A program made the translations under genes and the position numbers. From Octopus vulgaris (lineage: Eukaryota), in assembly GCA_951406725.2 (NCBI GenBank), contig OX597816.1, positions 113,832,001 to 113,896,000 on the forward strand: DNA of 64,000 nucleotides. Reading direction: 5' to 3'. Positions within the stretch are counted from its first letter, which is position 1, and each line of letters starts with the position of its first letter. Below the pieces are notes generated by a model. It did not search any database and was not told where the DNA came from. It worked only from the letters and a program-made list of their open reading frames with translations. Shown here piece after piece: positions 13,435 to 23,627 of this stretch.

Positions 13435-13632
13435 GTGCGTGTGTATGTGTGTAATGTTTTTCACTACTTCCATACTTTTATGTTTTAATGTTTATTAATA
13501 AACTGAATTAATTTTATTAAGGCTTTCAATAATAACAACGGCAGTAACAACACCACCACCAACAACAACAACAATATTTGTACACATTGTCTCTGAGTGA
13601 GACTTGTACAAATACAAAGCAAAAGCCAAACA

Positions 13633-13679
13633 TAATAATAATAATAATAATAATGATAATAATAATAATAATAATAATG

Positions 13680-13729
<50 letters not shown>
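13633..13729. repeat. (AAT)n microsatellite, probably the tail of the adjacent minus-strand SINE
   Basis: Direct reading; abuts the SINE C 3' end. Confidence 0.9.
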
Positions 13730-13731
<2 letters not shown>

Positions 13732-13732
13732 T

Positions 13733-14256
13733 GCTTTCTACTATAAGCACAAGGCCTGAAATTTTGGGGTAGAGGGATAGTCGATTACTTTGAACCAAGT
13801 GCTCAACTGGTACTTTATTTATCGATCCCAAAAGAATGAAAGGCAAAGTCGATCATGATAGAATTTGAACTCAGAACATAAAGACAGACGAAATACTGCT
13901 AACCATTTTGCCCAGCATCCTAACGATTCTGCCAGCTCATCACCTTTATAATTAATAATAATAATCTTTTCTACTCTAGGTACAAAGCCTGAAATTTTTG
14001 GAGAGGGAGGGCCCAGTCAATTAGGTCAACTCCAGTATGCAACTGGTACTTAATTTATCGACCCCTCCTCCGAAAGGATGAAAGGCAAAGTTGACCTCAG
14101 CAGAATTTGAATTCAGAACATAAAGACAAATGAAATACCACCAAATGGCGGTGCCCCAGCATGGCCACAGCTTGTGAGCTGAAACTAGATAAAGATAAAA
14201 GATAAAGATAAAGCATTTCGCCTGGTGTGCTAACATTTCTGCTAGCTCACCGCTTC
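13733..14256 (-). mobile_element. Two tandem SINE family C copies (Nin-domain-like core)
   Basis: Core GTTCTGAGTTCAAATTC...GACTTTGCCTTTCATCCTTTCGG...GTCGATAAATTAAGTACCAG on the - strand; also at 18885, 36690, 46780, 51925, 57885 and 62070. Confidence 0.7.
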
Positions 14257-17140
14257 ATAATAATAATAATAATAATGATAATAATAATAATGATAATAAT
14301 AATAATAACAACAACACAATTTGCTAATAAATGTTAATGCTCTTCATCAACAGCATCTTTACTGAATTTTCTAAAGTCCTAGATTTTCAAAGTAAGTCAA
14401 AGAAAGCAATCTTTCAGTTGCCCAAATTCAAGTTTATGAACGAGTTTCTTTCCAAGGGAAATATCCCTATAGAAATGGATTGTTCAGTCAAACATTGAGA
14501 ATATATTTTTGCTGGTCTCTAGTATACTTTTTAATAAAAGAATTAGCATACATTTTTGTCTATTTTTTTTTTCCTTTTTAAATTACAAACTAAGATTTAT
14601 TGTTACCTTTCAAATAAGCATTTCAGGATCTTTGCTGTTGTTCAAGTTGTTAATATAATTGAATATATTCAATATTCATATAAATCAGAGAGAGAGAGTT
14701 AATGTGAAATCATTATGAACATGATGATGACATTCATCATCACCACCAATTCCATGACCGTTACCACTATTACACATCAGAATTAGCATCGTCATCACCA
14801 TTATCATCATAATCATCATCACCATCATTATTATTACCCAACCCAACCCTCATAACCGTTAACATCATCACCATTATTGTTACCTTCACCATCATCCCCA
14901 CATCAAAATTAAATCACCACCAACCAACTCCACCCCACCACCACCACCACCACCAGCTGCAGCAGTAGCAGTAGCAGCCACAGCAGCATTATTTTATTTT
15001 ATTATTTTTTTAATATATATTGAAAGTCTAATGATATAATGTCTGACATCGTTTGAAAGGCTATGCAAAACAACTATTGCATATGCCTATAATGAATTAA
15101 TTTATTTTTTCAAAGGAATTTCAGCATAAAGCATTCTGATCAATATTTTCAATTGTTCAGTTGATAGCATGATATATTATTAGATTAGGATTATATTTAA
15201 TAACATAGTGGTTGCCTTCAAGTTCTGCATCACTCAGCTTGCTTATTCACTCTCTACGGTATTCCAGCTGTTCTCCTCCCTGTCAGCCCTATTTCTCTGC
15301 TTCATGCAAAGATGCCAATAACTTCCTTATATTGAAAATCAAAAGCGACACTTACCAAAACCTGTATGCTGCTGACTTTTATATTTCTGAATTTAGAATG
15401 GTAATAAACAAATAATTTATTATTATTTTTTTTTTAAAGATATTTATCTAAAAGAAATAAAATAAAAGAAAAGAAGGAGCTACTGAAGAAAGTTAGGCAA
15501 GTATTTAGAAGCATGTTGTAGTATTTGAACTACTGATCTTTTATTTTATATTAAATTCATCATCAAGGCACATAATGCAATCAGCCAACTATCAGTTTTT
15601 TATACTGTCTGCTGTGAGCCAATGGGAGAGCCTCAATGTGGTTGCTCAGTCAGCTAGAAATAGACAGCATCTTTTTCTTTCAGCTCAAATTCTATAGCCT
15701 TAAATAAAGGACACTTAAGACAGTGACATACTCAACGATGGATTGAACATGGTTAGACAGTCTTTGATCATAGGTCTCATCAATCAGTACTGACCCGATG
15801 GCTAAACATCATAATAATTATTTTTTGCATGATTTCAAAAACAGATTTCATTATATATCTAATGTCCCTTCCATCCCAAGATGATGGTGTATATTTTGAT
15901 GGAGATTTGGCTACTATCTTTAGCATGACAAGTGATGCACATGTTCTCTTATTGGTTTGTTAAATGTATATTGTAGTTGAACTAAAGGTTATTTAATAAA
16001 AGGTACACTGACTGTGAAGTTAGAATGCTCTCACTACTGGATGCATGGCTGTGAATTCAAACTTTAATCTTTATATTGTATCTTTAGACAAGGTGAGTAA
16101 TGTCTCAATCTGCATCAGTTATATTATTGCACTTCAATGATAAAACGTATCACATTATGCTGTTTGTCATCAAGCAATAAAAAAATATTTTGGCCCATCA
16201 ATCAAAAGAAGCTATTCCACCCATGAAGAAAATGGGCGTTTAACAATAAGTTATCAAGGAGGAAAACATAAAAATTGTTATTATCATTAACAATCTAAAT
16301 TTGTAACAATCTAAAATTGATCACCTCGGGTTTTAATCAAATATTTGGTTTTACAGCTGGTGGTACTATGGGGGAAACTAAACACTGGTTGTTGTACTTC
16401 TGCATCTCCATTGTTAGTCTTTCTCTCTTTGCTGTTAAACCAAGAGACTTCTTTTTTTAAATTTTCAAAAATCTTTTATTCAGAAGAGGTTAGAGTTCAT
16501 GAGCTGTTACTGGGTCTCTGAGGTTGCTGAAAAGGAAAACGGCACCATTAGACTGGGGCCTGGTTCAATGTCTTGAGACAGAATGAACTCTGCTAAAGGT
16601 ACCCAAGGGTGAGGTAATGATGTTAAGCTGAACAATGGATTATGTCTATCACCCAAGAAGATATTGTAAAGGAGAGAAAATATAATTGAAATAACCTAGA
16701 AAAAATAGATATTGTTTATGTTGCTTCCATAATATCTTTAAATCATCTCCAGACTAATGCCTGAGTTGGCAGTCATTTAAATAAATATCCTTTTGAGCCC
16801 TACATGGTTGCTTGACCTGCAAGAAATAACAATCAAAACTCCTTTATTTCATGTCTTACTATCTTAGAAAAGAAAGATACATCAGACAATGTGATTCTGA
16901 ATGCATGATGAGATGGAGAATACAGAATGGACACCACCTGAATGTTATTAATCATAGGTCGACATGATGAAAGTCAGTTTCATGCTAAACTATGACAACT
17001 TGCATTATCTATATTTGAAGAGCTTACTTTCAAAGCCATCGGAATGGCTTTTGAGTAATTGTTTAAAACAACAACTTGAATATATCTGATTTTGATTGGA
17101 AGATTAAGATTCACCTACTGTCTGTATGGCATCTATCCCA

Positions 17141-17906
17141 AAGCCAGCAAGTCTTTAAATTACATCTGGTAGTGGGGCTCTGGTTTAGGAATCCAGGGTT
17201 TTGAGGAGTGTGGAACCATCTCTTAGCCACCTGGCCCCAGAGCAGTAACACCTGTCTGGGTCCCACTTATTGGTTAATTAGCATGTCACAGAACTACCCT
17301 TGGAGGGCCCTTTCAGCTCATTAAATGGATGCTCAGCTAAGAGAAAGTAACTCCATATGAGGGAGTGCTGGAAAGTTCCTGGCTTAAAGGGTATCATGAG
17401 GGTCTGGTTGGGGGCCCAGCCTTCCAAGTTCTTTTACAGGGATTAGAAAAACTGAAGGACTGCTGCAAAAAATTTCATGTGCATGAAACCAACAGCTTGT
17501 AGATCGTGTTTTAATCAATATTATGAAATCAACCAAACATGCACTTATACAGGTTTTGAAAATAAGCTCCTCACTTAATGTCCTTAATGTGTACATGATT
17601 ATTCTTTATTAATCAGAGAAATAAAGTGAGTACTATTCTATGGTTTACTTGTTCCAATCATTGGACTGCAGCCATGTTGGTGCACTGCCTTGAAAAATTT
17701 TAGTTGAATGAATTTACCCTAGTATGTTCTTTTTTCTTTTCAAGCCTGGTACTTATTTTATCTGCTCCTTTTGCTGACCTGCTAAGTTTGGGGGACATAA
17801 TCAAACACACACTGGTTGGGGGACAAACACAGACACAAAGATACATGCATGCTACTTATTTATTCCCTCCCGCTCATCCCTGTGGAGGCACATGGCCTAG
17901 TGGTTA
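17141..17906. repeat. Left arm of ~765-bp inverted duplication
   Basis: Reverse complement of 22866-23627 with scattered substitutions; composite of unclassified DNA, a mariner-TIR-like piece (~17357) and a SINE A tail. Confidence 0.95.
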
Positions 17907-18192
17907 GAGCAGTGGACTTACGGTCGAAGGATCATGGGTTCGAATCTCAGACTGGGTGATGTGTGTGTTTATGAGTGAAACGCCTAAGCTCTATGTGGCT
18001 CAGACAGAATGTAATGGTGAATTTCTGCTGACTCCTTCACCATGGCTTTCTCTCCCTCTTTCCTCCTGCATCTAGCAGTTCATTTGCGATGGACCAGTGT
18101 CCTGTCCAGGTGGGGAACCTATACACCAATGAAACTGGGAAACTGGCCCTTATGAACCAGGCATGGCTCGAGAAAGAACAAACAACAACAAC
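17882..18192 (+). mobile_element. SINE family D with tRNA-like head and (AAC)n tail
   Basis: TGGCCTAGTGGTTAGAGC A-box and GGGTTCGAATCTC B-box; related copies at 37893, 42556, 48508 and 50530. Confidence 0.75.
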
Positions 18193-18539
18193 GTGTCCCT
18201 GGTGACTGGTGAGAGAAAGAGAAGTTGTCTACAAACTGGAGATTCAACTTGAATGGTCACAACAGAGTGAACTCTAATAAAGCAACTCCAGGGCCAGGTT
18301 GAAGTGTTAAGTCTGTTGACAGAAGACACATTAACTCTGTCACCCAAGAACTCAGAATACAAAGAGCTGGAATAAATACTATAAAAGGTGTCTAACAATT
18401 TTGGCAATCCACTGCTTTGGATTGGTACTATTTTACAGTGATCTTGAAAAAGTGCAAAGTAAAGTTGGCTCAGTGTAAATTGAACTCAGTGTACTTGAAT
18501 CCAGAACAAATTTAATGTTACTGATAACTTTAAGTAATA

Positions 18540-18885
18540 CATCATCATCATTTAACTTCCGTTGGCATGTTGAAAGGCCACACCCAGACTCCAGTCTGAT
18601 TTCGCATGGTTTTCTATGGCTAGATGCCCTTCCTAATGTCAACCACTCTGAGAGTGTAATGGGTGCTTTTACGTGTCATTGTCATGGGTGTCATCTGTGT
18701 GACACCAGTATCTACCAAAACTGCAATTTTGCTTGGCTTGATGGGTCTTCTTCTCAAGCATGACATAATGCCAAAGATGTTGGTCATTGTCTCCGTGAAG
18801 CCCAATACTCGAAAGGAACTTGACCACTTTGCTTCCATGAGGCCCAGTGCTCAAAAGGAACTCAGCCACTCTGCCTCCATAAAGG
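18540..18885 (-). mobile_element. Old RTE 3' fragment (ORF end, two ~25-nt core units, tail, (GAT)n)
   Basis: Matches the C-terminus (LRVLGFTETMT...) and the GGAAGGGCATC tail of the young LINE. Confidence 0.75.
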
Positions 18886-19092
18886 TAGCATGCTGGGAGA
18901 ATCATTAGCTTGCTGGGCAAAATGCTTAATGACATTTTGTTTGTCTTTATGTTCTGATTTCAAATTTCACCAAGGCCAATTTTACCTTTCATCTTTAGGG
19001 TTCATAAAATAAGTACCAGTTAAGCACTGGGTTCAATGTAACTGACTTACCCCTCCTCAAAAATTGCTGGCTTTGTACCAAAATTTGAAATC
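18885..19092 (+). mobile_element. SINE family C
   Basis: TTCTGATTTCAAATTTC...CCTTTCATC...AAATAAGTACCAGTTAAGCACTGGG core. Confidence 0.65.
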
Positions 19093-19473
19093 AATATATG
19101 TGCTAATGTCGAATTTCCATAATGTATATATTTTGGTAGCATCATTCTGCAATCTCAGGTTTTATAGTTTTCTAGTTTGTTTTAGATATCACGAACAAGG
19201 CTATACAGAAACACCACTTCCATATGAAATGAAAGTTCTGTATTTTACTAGAAACATTGTAATTAAACAGATAAGGAGAAAAAAGAAAAGAAAGAATTTG
19301 ATTCAGCATACAGTATATTTATTAAAAAAGTGTATTCTACTATAATTCTGGGTTGATCAATACATTATTGTTGGTAGATGGAAAATGTTCAGAAGCTTGT
19401 CATATGTATGTAGGCCTCTCCCGCCCTCCCACTATCTCTCTTTCTTTCTTTCTTTCTCTACAGCAAGAGTGTC

Positions 19474-21927
19474 TTGTGGAGGAAAGTGGGTGAAGACCCA
19501 CTGTGCATTAGCCAAATCGACTACATCCTTGCCAGAAAAAGGGAAAGATGGCTGCTTATGAATGCCAAAACCTTCCCAGGCGAAGAATGTACCCCACAAC
19601 ATAGAATGGTAGTCAGTGACTTTAGGATCAGGACTAAGAGGACGACTAGAAGACGACCAACATGGAGAAGAAGGGTCTGGAAGCTTAAAGATCCTGCTAA
19701 TGGACAGAGATTTAGAGACATGTTACTTGAAGCCTTCGACGAAATAGAAGGGGGCATAGCTACACATGGGGTAGAAGATAACTGGGCGCTTCTAAGGGAC
19801 AACCTGCTGAAAGCCACTGACCAGATCTGTGGCTGGTGCAAAGTCCCCACAAGACCCAAAATAACGTGGTGGTGGAACAATACTGTTGATAGGGCTATTA
19901 GACAAAAGAAACAGGCTTGGAAGGACTGGAAGAACGGTGGTAGCAGGGAAGTGTATCAGACTGCAAGAAGGGAAGCTAGGAGGCAGGTTTATTTAGCCAG
20001 AGGGGAAGCAGATAGGAAAAAATTTGCCAATGTCCTGCACCGTGAGGATGAAAGACTTGAGGTATTTCGTATAGCAAGACAGTGTGTGAGAGAGAATCGT
20101 GACGTGGTAGGAGAAAAATGTGTTCGCACGGATGACGGCTCACTTGCGCTAAATGAGGATGCAAAGAGAGAGGTTTGGAGAAGCCACTATGAAAGGTTGC
20201 TGAATGAGGAAAATGAATGGGATAAAGAGAGTCTGCCGAATGTTGACCCAACAGAGGGACCAGCAATCCGAGTTGACAGTTCCTTAGTAGATAAGGCAAT
20301 TAAAAGCATGAAAACAGGGAAAGCCCCAGGCCCATCAGGAATTACTGCAGAGATGCTCAAAATATCTGGTAGTGTCGGCTATAGCCTAGTCACCCGTATA
20401 GTTAACCAGGTGATACACGAAGGAGTCATTCCCAATGACTGGTGTAGCAGCATAATAGTCAGCTGCTACAAAGGTAAAGGTGACGCCCTAGATACAAATA
20501 GCTACAGGGGTATCAAGCTGCTGGATCAGGTAATGAAGGTTAAGGAGAGGGTTATAGCCCAACTAATTAGAGAGAGAGTTAGCCTAGATCAGATGCAGTT
20601 TGGGTTCGTGCCAGGGAAAAGTACTACTGATGCTATTTTCATGGTAAGACAGCTGCAAGAGAAATACCTAGCCAAAGACAAGCCCCTATACCTGGCTTTT
20701 GTTGATATGGAGAAAGCCTTCGACAGGGTCCCCCGATCCCTCATCTGGTGGTCAATGAGGAAACTAGGGATAGATGAATGGTTAGTGAAAGCTGTACAAG
20801 CCATGTACAGAGACGCTGCTAGTAAGGTGAGGGTTGGCACCGAGTACAGTCAAGAATTCAGGGTAGAGGTTGGGGTCCACCAAGGTTCAGTCCTCAGTCC
20901 CCTCCTATTTATCATAGTCCTCCAGGCAATAACAGAGGAATTCAAGACAGGATGCCCCTGGGAGCTCCTCTATGCTGATGACCTTGCTCTAATTGCTGAG
21001 TCTCTATCAGAACTAGAGGAGAAGTTTCAGGTATGGAAACAAGGTTTAGAATCGAAGGGCCTTAGAATCAACCTAGCCAAAACCAAAGTCCTAATAAGTA
21101 GGAAGGTAGACCAATCACAAACGCCTTCAGGTAGATGGCCCTGCTCGATCTGTAGAAAAGGTGTAGGTAGAAACTCTATAAGATGCACCAAGTGTAAGCT
21201 ATGGACACATAAGAGGTGCAGCAATGTCAAAGGAAGGCTAACTAGGAAGATGGTTTTTGTATGTGGCAGATGCTCAGGAACAATTAACACTGAAGATGCT
21301 CTGAGACCAACTTCCGTCACTTTCCAGGGAGAAAAGCTAGAAGTAGTTGATAGTTTCCGTTACCTAGGTGACCAAGTCAGTAGCGGGGGCGGGTGCGCTG
21401 AGAGTATAACTGCTAGAGTAAGAATAGCCTGGGCAAAGTTTAGAGAGCTCTTACCTCTGCTGGTGACAAAAGGCCTCTCGCTCAAAGTAAAAGGCAGACT
21501 GTATGATGCATGTATACGTACAGCCATGCTACATGGTAGTGAAACTTGGGCTGTGACTGCTGAGGATTTGCGTAAGCTCGCAAGAAATGAAGCTAGTATG
21601 CTCCGATGGATGTGTAACGTCAGTGTTCATAATCGACAGAGTGTAAGTACCTTGAGAGAAAAGTTGAACCTAAGAAGTATCAGTTGTTGTGTGCAAGAGA
21701 GACGTATGTGCTGGTATGGTCATGTGATGAGAATGGCTGAAAATAGTTGTGTGCGAAAGTGCCACACCCTGGCAGTTGAGGGGACCTGTGGAAGAGGTAG
21801 ACCCAGGAAAACCTGGGTCGAGGCGGTGAAGCACGACCTTCGAACTTTAGGTCTCACCAACGAAATGACCAGTGACCGAGACCTTTGGAGGTATGCTGTG
21901 CGTGAGAAAACCCGGCAAGACCAGTGA
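19474..21927 (+). CDS. RTE-clade non-LTR retrotransposon ORF, 5'-truncated: APE-endonuclease C-terminal stub, reverse transcriptase, PHD-like finger, thumb/C-terminus
   Basis: SQIDYIL...QHRMVV (EN end), KAPGPSGI, YRGIKLL, QFGF, DMEKAFDRV, GVHQGSVLSPLLF, YADD (20971-20982), C4HC3 finger (21142-21273), FRYLG, GRGRPRKTW. Frame is open from 19414; first ATG is at 19558. Confidence 0.95.
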   Translation: MWRKVGEDPLCISQIDYILARKRERWLLMNAKTFPGEECTPQHRMVVSDFRIRTKRTTRRRPTWRRRVWKLKDPANGQRFRDMLLEAFDEIEGGIATHGVEDNWALLRDNLLKATDQICGWCKVPTRPKITWWWNNTVDRAIRQKKQAWKDWKNGGSREVYQTARREARRQVYLARGEADRKKFANVLHREDERLEVFRIARQCVRENRDVVGEKCVRTDDGSLALNEDAKREVWRSHYERLLNEENEWDKESLPNVDPTEGPAIRVDSSLVDKAIKSMKTGKAPGPSGITAEMLKISGSVGYSLVTRIVNQVIHEGVIPNDWCSSIIVSCYKGKGDALDTNSYRGIKLLDQVMKVKERVIAQLIRERVSLDQMQFGFVPGKSTTDAIFMVRQLQEKYLAKDKPLYLAFVDMEKAFDRVPRSLIWWSMRKLGIDEWLVKAVQAMYRDAASKVRVGTEYSQEFRVEVGVHQGSVLSPLLFIIVLQAITEEFKTGCPWELLYADDLALIAESLSELEEKFQVWKQGLESKGLRINLAKTKVLISRKVDQSQTPSGRWPCSICRKGVGRNSIRCTKCKLWTHKRCSNVKGRLTRKMVFVCGRCSGTINTEDALRPTSVTFQGEKLEVVDSFRYLGDQVSSGGGCAESITARVRIAWAKFRELLPLLVTKGLSLKVKGRLYDACIRTAMLHGSETWAVTAEDLRKLARNEASMLRWMCNVSVHNRQSVSTLREKLNLRSISCCVQERRMCWYGHVMRMAENSCVRKCHTLAVEGTCGRGRPRKTWVEAVKHDLRTLGLTNEMTSDRDLWRYAVREKTRQDQ

Positions 21928-22850
21928 GAACAGTCAAAATCAAGATCAAACCAAATTGAGGTCGATCAACATCAGGGCCCCCGTGCAGGTGACACGTAAA
22001 AGTACCATCCGTTCGTAGCCGTTCGCCAGCCCTGTCTGGCCCCCGTGTAGGTGGCACGTAAAAGCACCATCCGTTCGTGTTCATTGCCAGCCTGGCCTGG
22101 CCCCCGTGCCGGTGACACGTAAAAGTACCATCCGTTTGTGGCCGTTTGCCAGCTCTGTCTGGCCCCCGTGCCGGTGACACGTAAAAGCACCATCCGTTCG
22201 TGGCCGTTTGCCAGCTCTGTCTGTCCCCCGTGCCGGTGACACGTAAAAGCACCATCTGTTCGTGGCCGTTTGCCAGCCCTGTCTGGCCCCCATGTCGGTG
22301 ACATGTAAAAGCACCATCCGTTCGTGTCCGTTGCCAGCCTCGCCTGGCCCCCGTGCTGGTGACACGTAAAAGCACCATCCGTTCGTGGCCGTTTGCCAGC
22401 CCTGTCTGGCCCCCATGTCGGTGGCATGTAAAAGCACCATCCGTTCGTGCCCGTTGCCAGCCTCGCCTGGCCCCCGTGCCGGTGACACGTAAAAGCACCA
22501 TCCGTTTCGTGGCCGTTTGCCAGCTCTGTCTGGCCCCGTGTTGGTGGCACGTAAAAGCACCATCCGTTCGTGTCCGTTGCCAGCCTCGCCTGGCCCCGTG
22601 CCGGTGACACGTAAAAGCACCATCCGTTCGTGGCCGTTTGCCAGCTCTGTCTGGCACCTGTGCAGGTGGCACGTAAAAAGCACCCACTACACTCACGGAG
22701 TGGTTGGCGTTAGGAAGGGCATCCAGCCGTAGAAACACTGCCAGATCTGACTGGGCCTGATGAAGCCTTCCAGCTTCACAGACCCCAGTTGAACCGTCCA
22801 ACCCATGCTAGCATGGAGAACGGACGCTAAATGATGATGATGATGATGAT
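19507..22850 (+). mobile_element. Young 5'-truncated RTE-type LINE with repeat-array 3' UTR and (GAT)n tail
   Basis: Intact RT frame, CpGs retained, GGTTGGCGTTAGGAAGGGCATCCAG tail, CCATGCTAGCATGG palindrome, (GAT)n then (TA)n. Confidence 0.92.
21975..22685 (+). repeat. Tandem array of 11 full 60-63 bp units plus a terminal partial unit in the LINE 3' UTR
   Basis: Units start near 21975, 22038, 22099, 22161, 22223, 22285, 22346, 22408, 22469, 22532, 22592 and 22653; consensus GGCCCCCGTGCCGGTGACACGTAAAAGCACCATCCGTTCGTGGCCGTTTGCCAGCTCTGTCT. Confidence 0.97.
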
Positions 22851-22865
22851 ATATATATATATATA

Positions 22866-23627
22866 TAACCACTGGGCCGTGTGCCTGCACAAGGACGAGT
22901 GGGAGGGAATAAATAAGTAGCATGCATGTATCTGTGTCTGTGTTTGTCCTCAAACCAGTGTGTGTTTGATTATGTCCCCCAAACTTAGCAGGTCAGCAAA
23001 AGGAGCAGATAAAATAAGTACCAGGCCTGAAAAGAAAAAAGAACATACTAGGGTAAATTCATTCAACTAAAATTTTTCAAGGCAGTGCACCAACATGGCT
23101 GCAGTCCAATGATTGGAACAAGTAAAACATAGAATAGTACTCACTTTATTTCTCTGATTAATAAAGAATAATCATGTACACATTAAGGACATTAAGTGAG
23201 GAGCTTATTTTCAAAACCGGTATAAGTGCATATTCGGTTGATTTCATATCGATTAAAACACGATCTACAAGCTGTTGGTTTCATGCATATGAAATTTTTT
23301 GCAGCAGTCCTTCAGTTTTTCTAATCCCTGTAAAAGAACTTGGAAGGTGGGGCCACCAACCAGACCTTTCATGATACCCTTTAAACCAGGAACTTTCCAG
23401 CACTCCCTCATATGGAGTTACTTTCTCTTAGCTGAGCATCCATTTAATGAGCTGAAAGGGCCCTCCAAGGGTAGTTCTGTGACATGCTAATTAACCAATA
23501 AGTGGGACCCAGACAGGTGTTACTGCTCTGGGGCCAGGTGGCTAAGAGATGGTTCCACACTCCTCAAAACCCTGGATTCCTAAACCAGAGCCCCACTACC
23601 AGATGTAATTTAAAGACTTGCTGGCTT
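22866..23627. repeat. Right arm of ~765-bp inverted duplication
   Basis: Reverse complement of 17141-17906; starts at the (TA)n after the LINE tail and ends against an old RTE relic. Confidence 0.95.

Noticed and set aside
12911-13846. Poly-ER, poly-I and poly-YI/HT ORFs here and at 28161, 33294, 41653 and 53260
   Set aside because: Translations of (AG)n, (AAT)n, (TA)n and (CA)n microsatellites
17882-17960. Genuine tRNA gene (also 42556 and 37893)
   Set aside because: The A/B boxes run straight into SINE bodies, the acceptor stem is not intact and the copies are divergent
19521-21320. Antisense ORFs within the RT
   Set aside because: Shadow frames of the coding strand with no recognisable domains
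21975-22685. CRISPR array next to an RT
   Set aside because: The spacers are near-identical to one another rather than unique, there are no cas genes, and the context is a eukaryotic LINE 3' UTR
21854-22801. Long minus-strand ORFs (315, 212 and 200 aa)
   Set aside because: By-products of a GC-rich, stop-poor tandem repeat; all three frames give the same shuffled peptides
19474-22850. Retron, DGR or telomerase-like system
   Set aside because: The RT has non-LTR (RTE) motifs, an APE endonuclease stub and a simple-repeat tail; there is no TR/VR pair with adenine-specific differences and no msr/msd layout
17384-23374. Duplicated small gene (MYTLRTLSEELIFKT... at 17384-17596 and 23174-23374)
   Set aside because: The two ORFs are the same sequence in the inverted arms, differ by indels and overlap a transposon-like fragment
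17141-23627. Composite DNA transposon with 765-bp TIRs carrying the LINE
   Set aside because: No TSD at the outer ends, the arms are mosaics of other repeats, and one breakpoint falls inside a SINE
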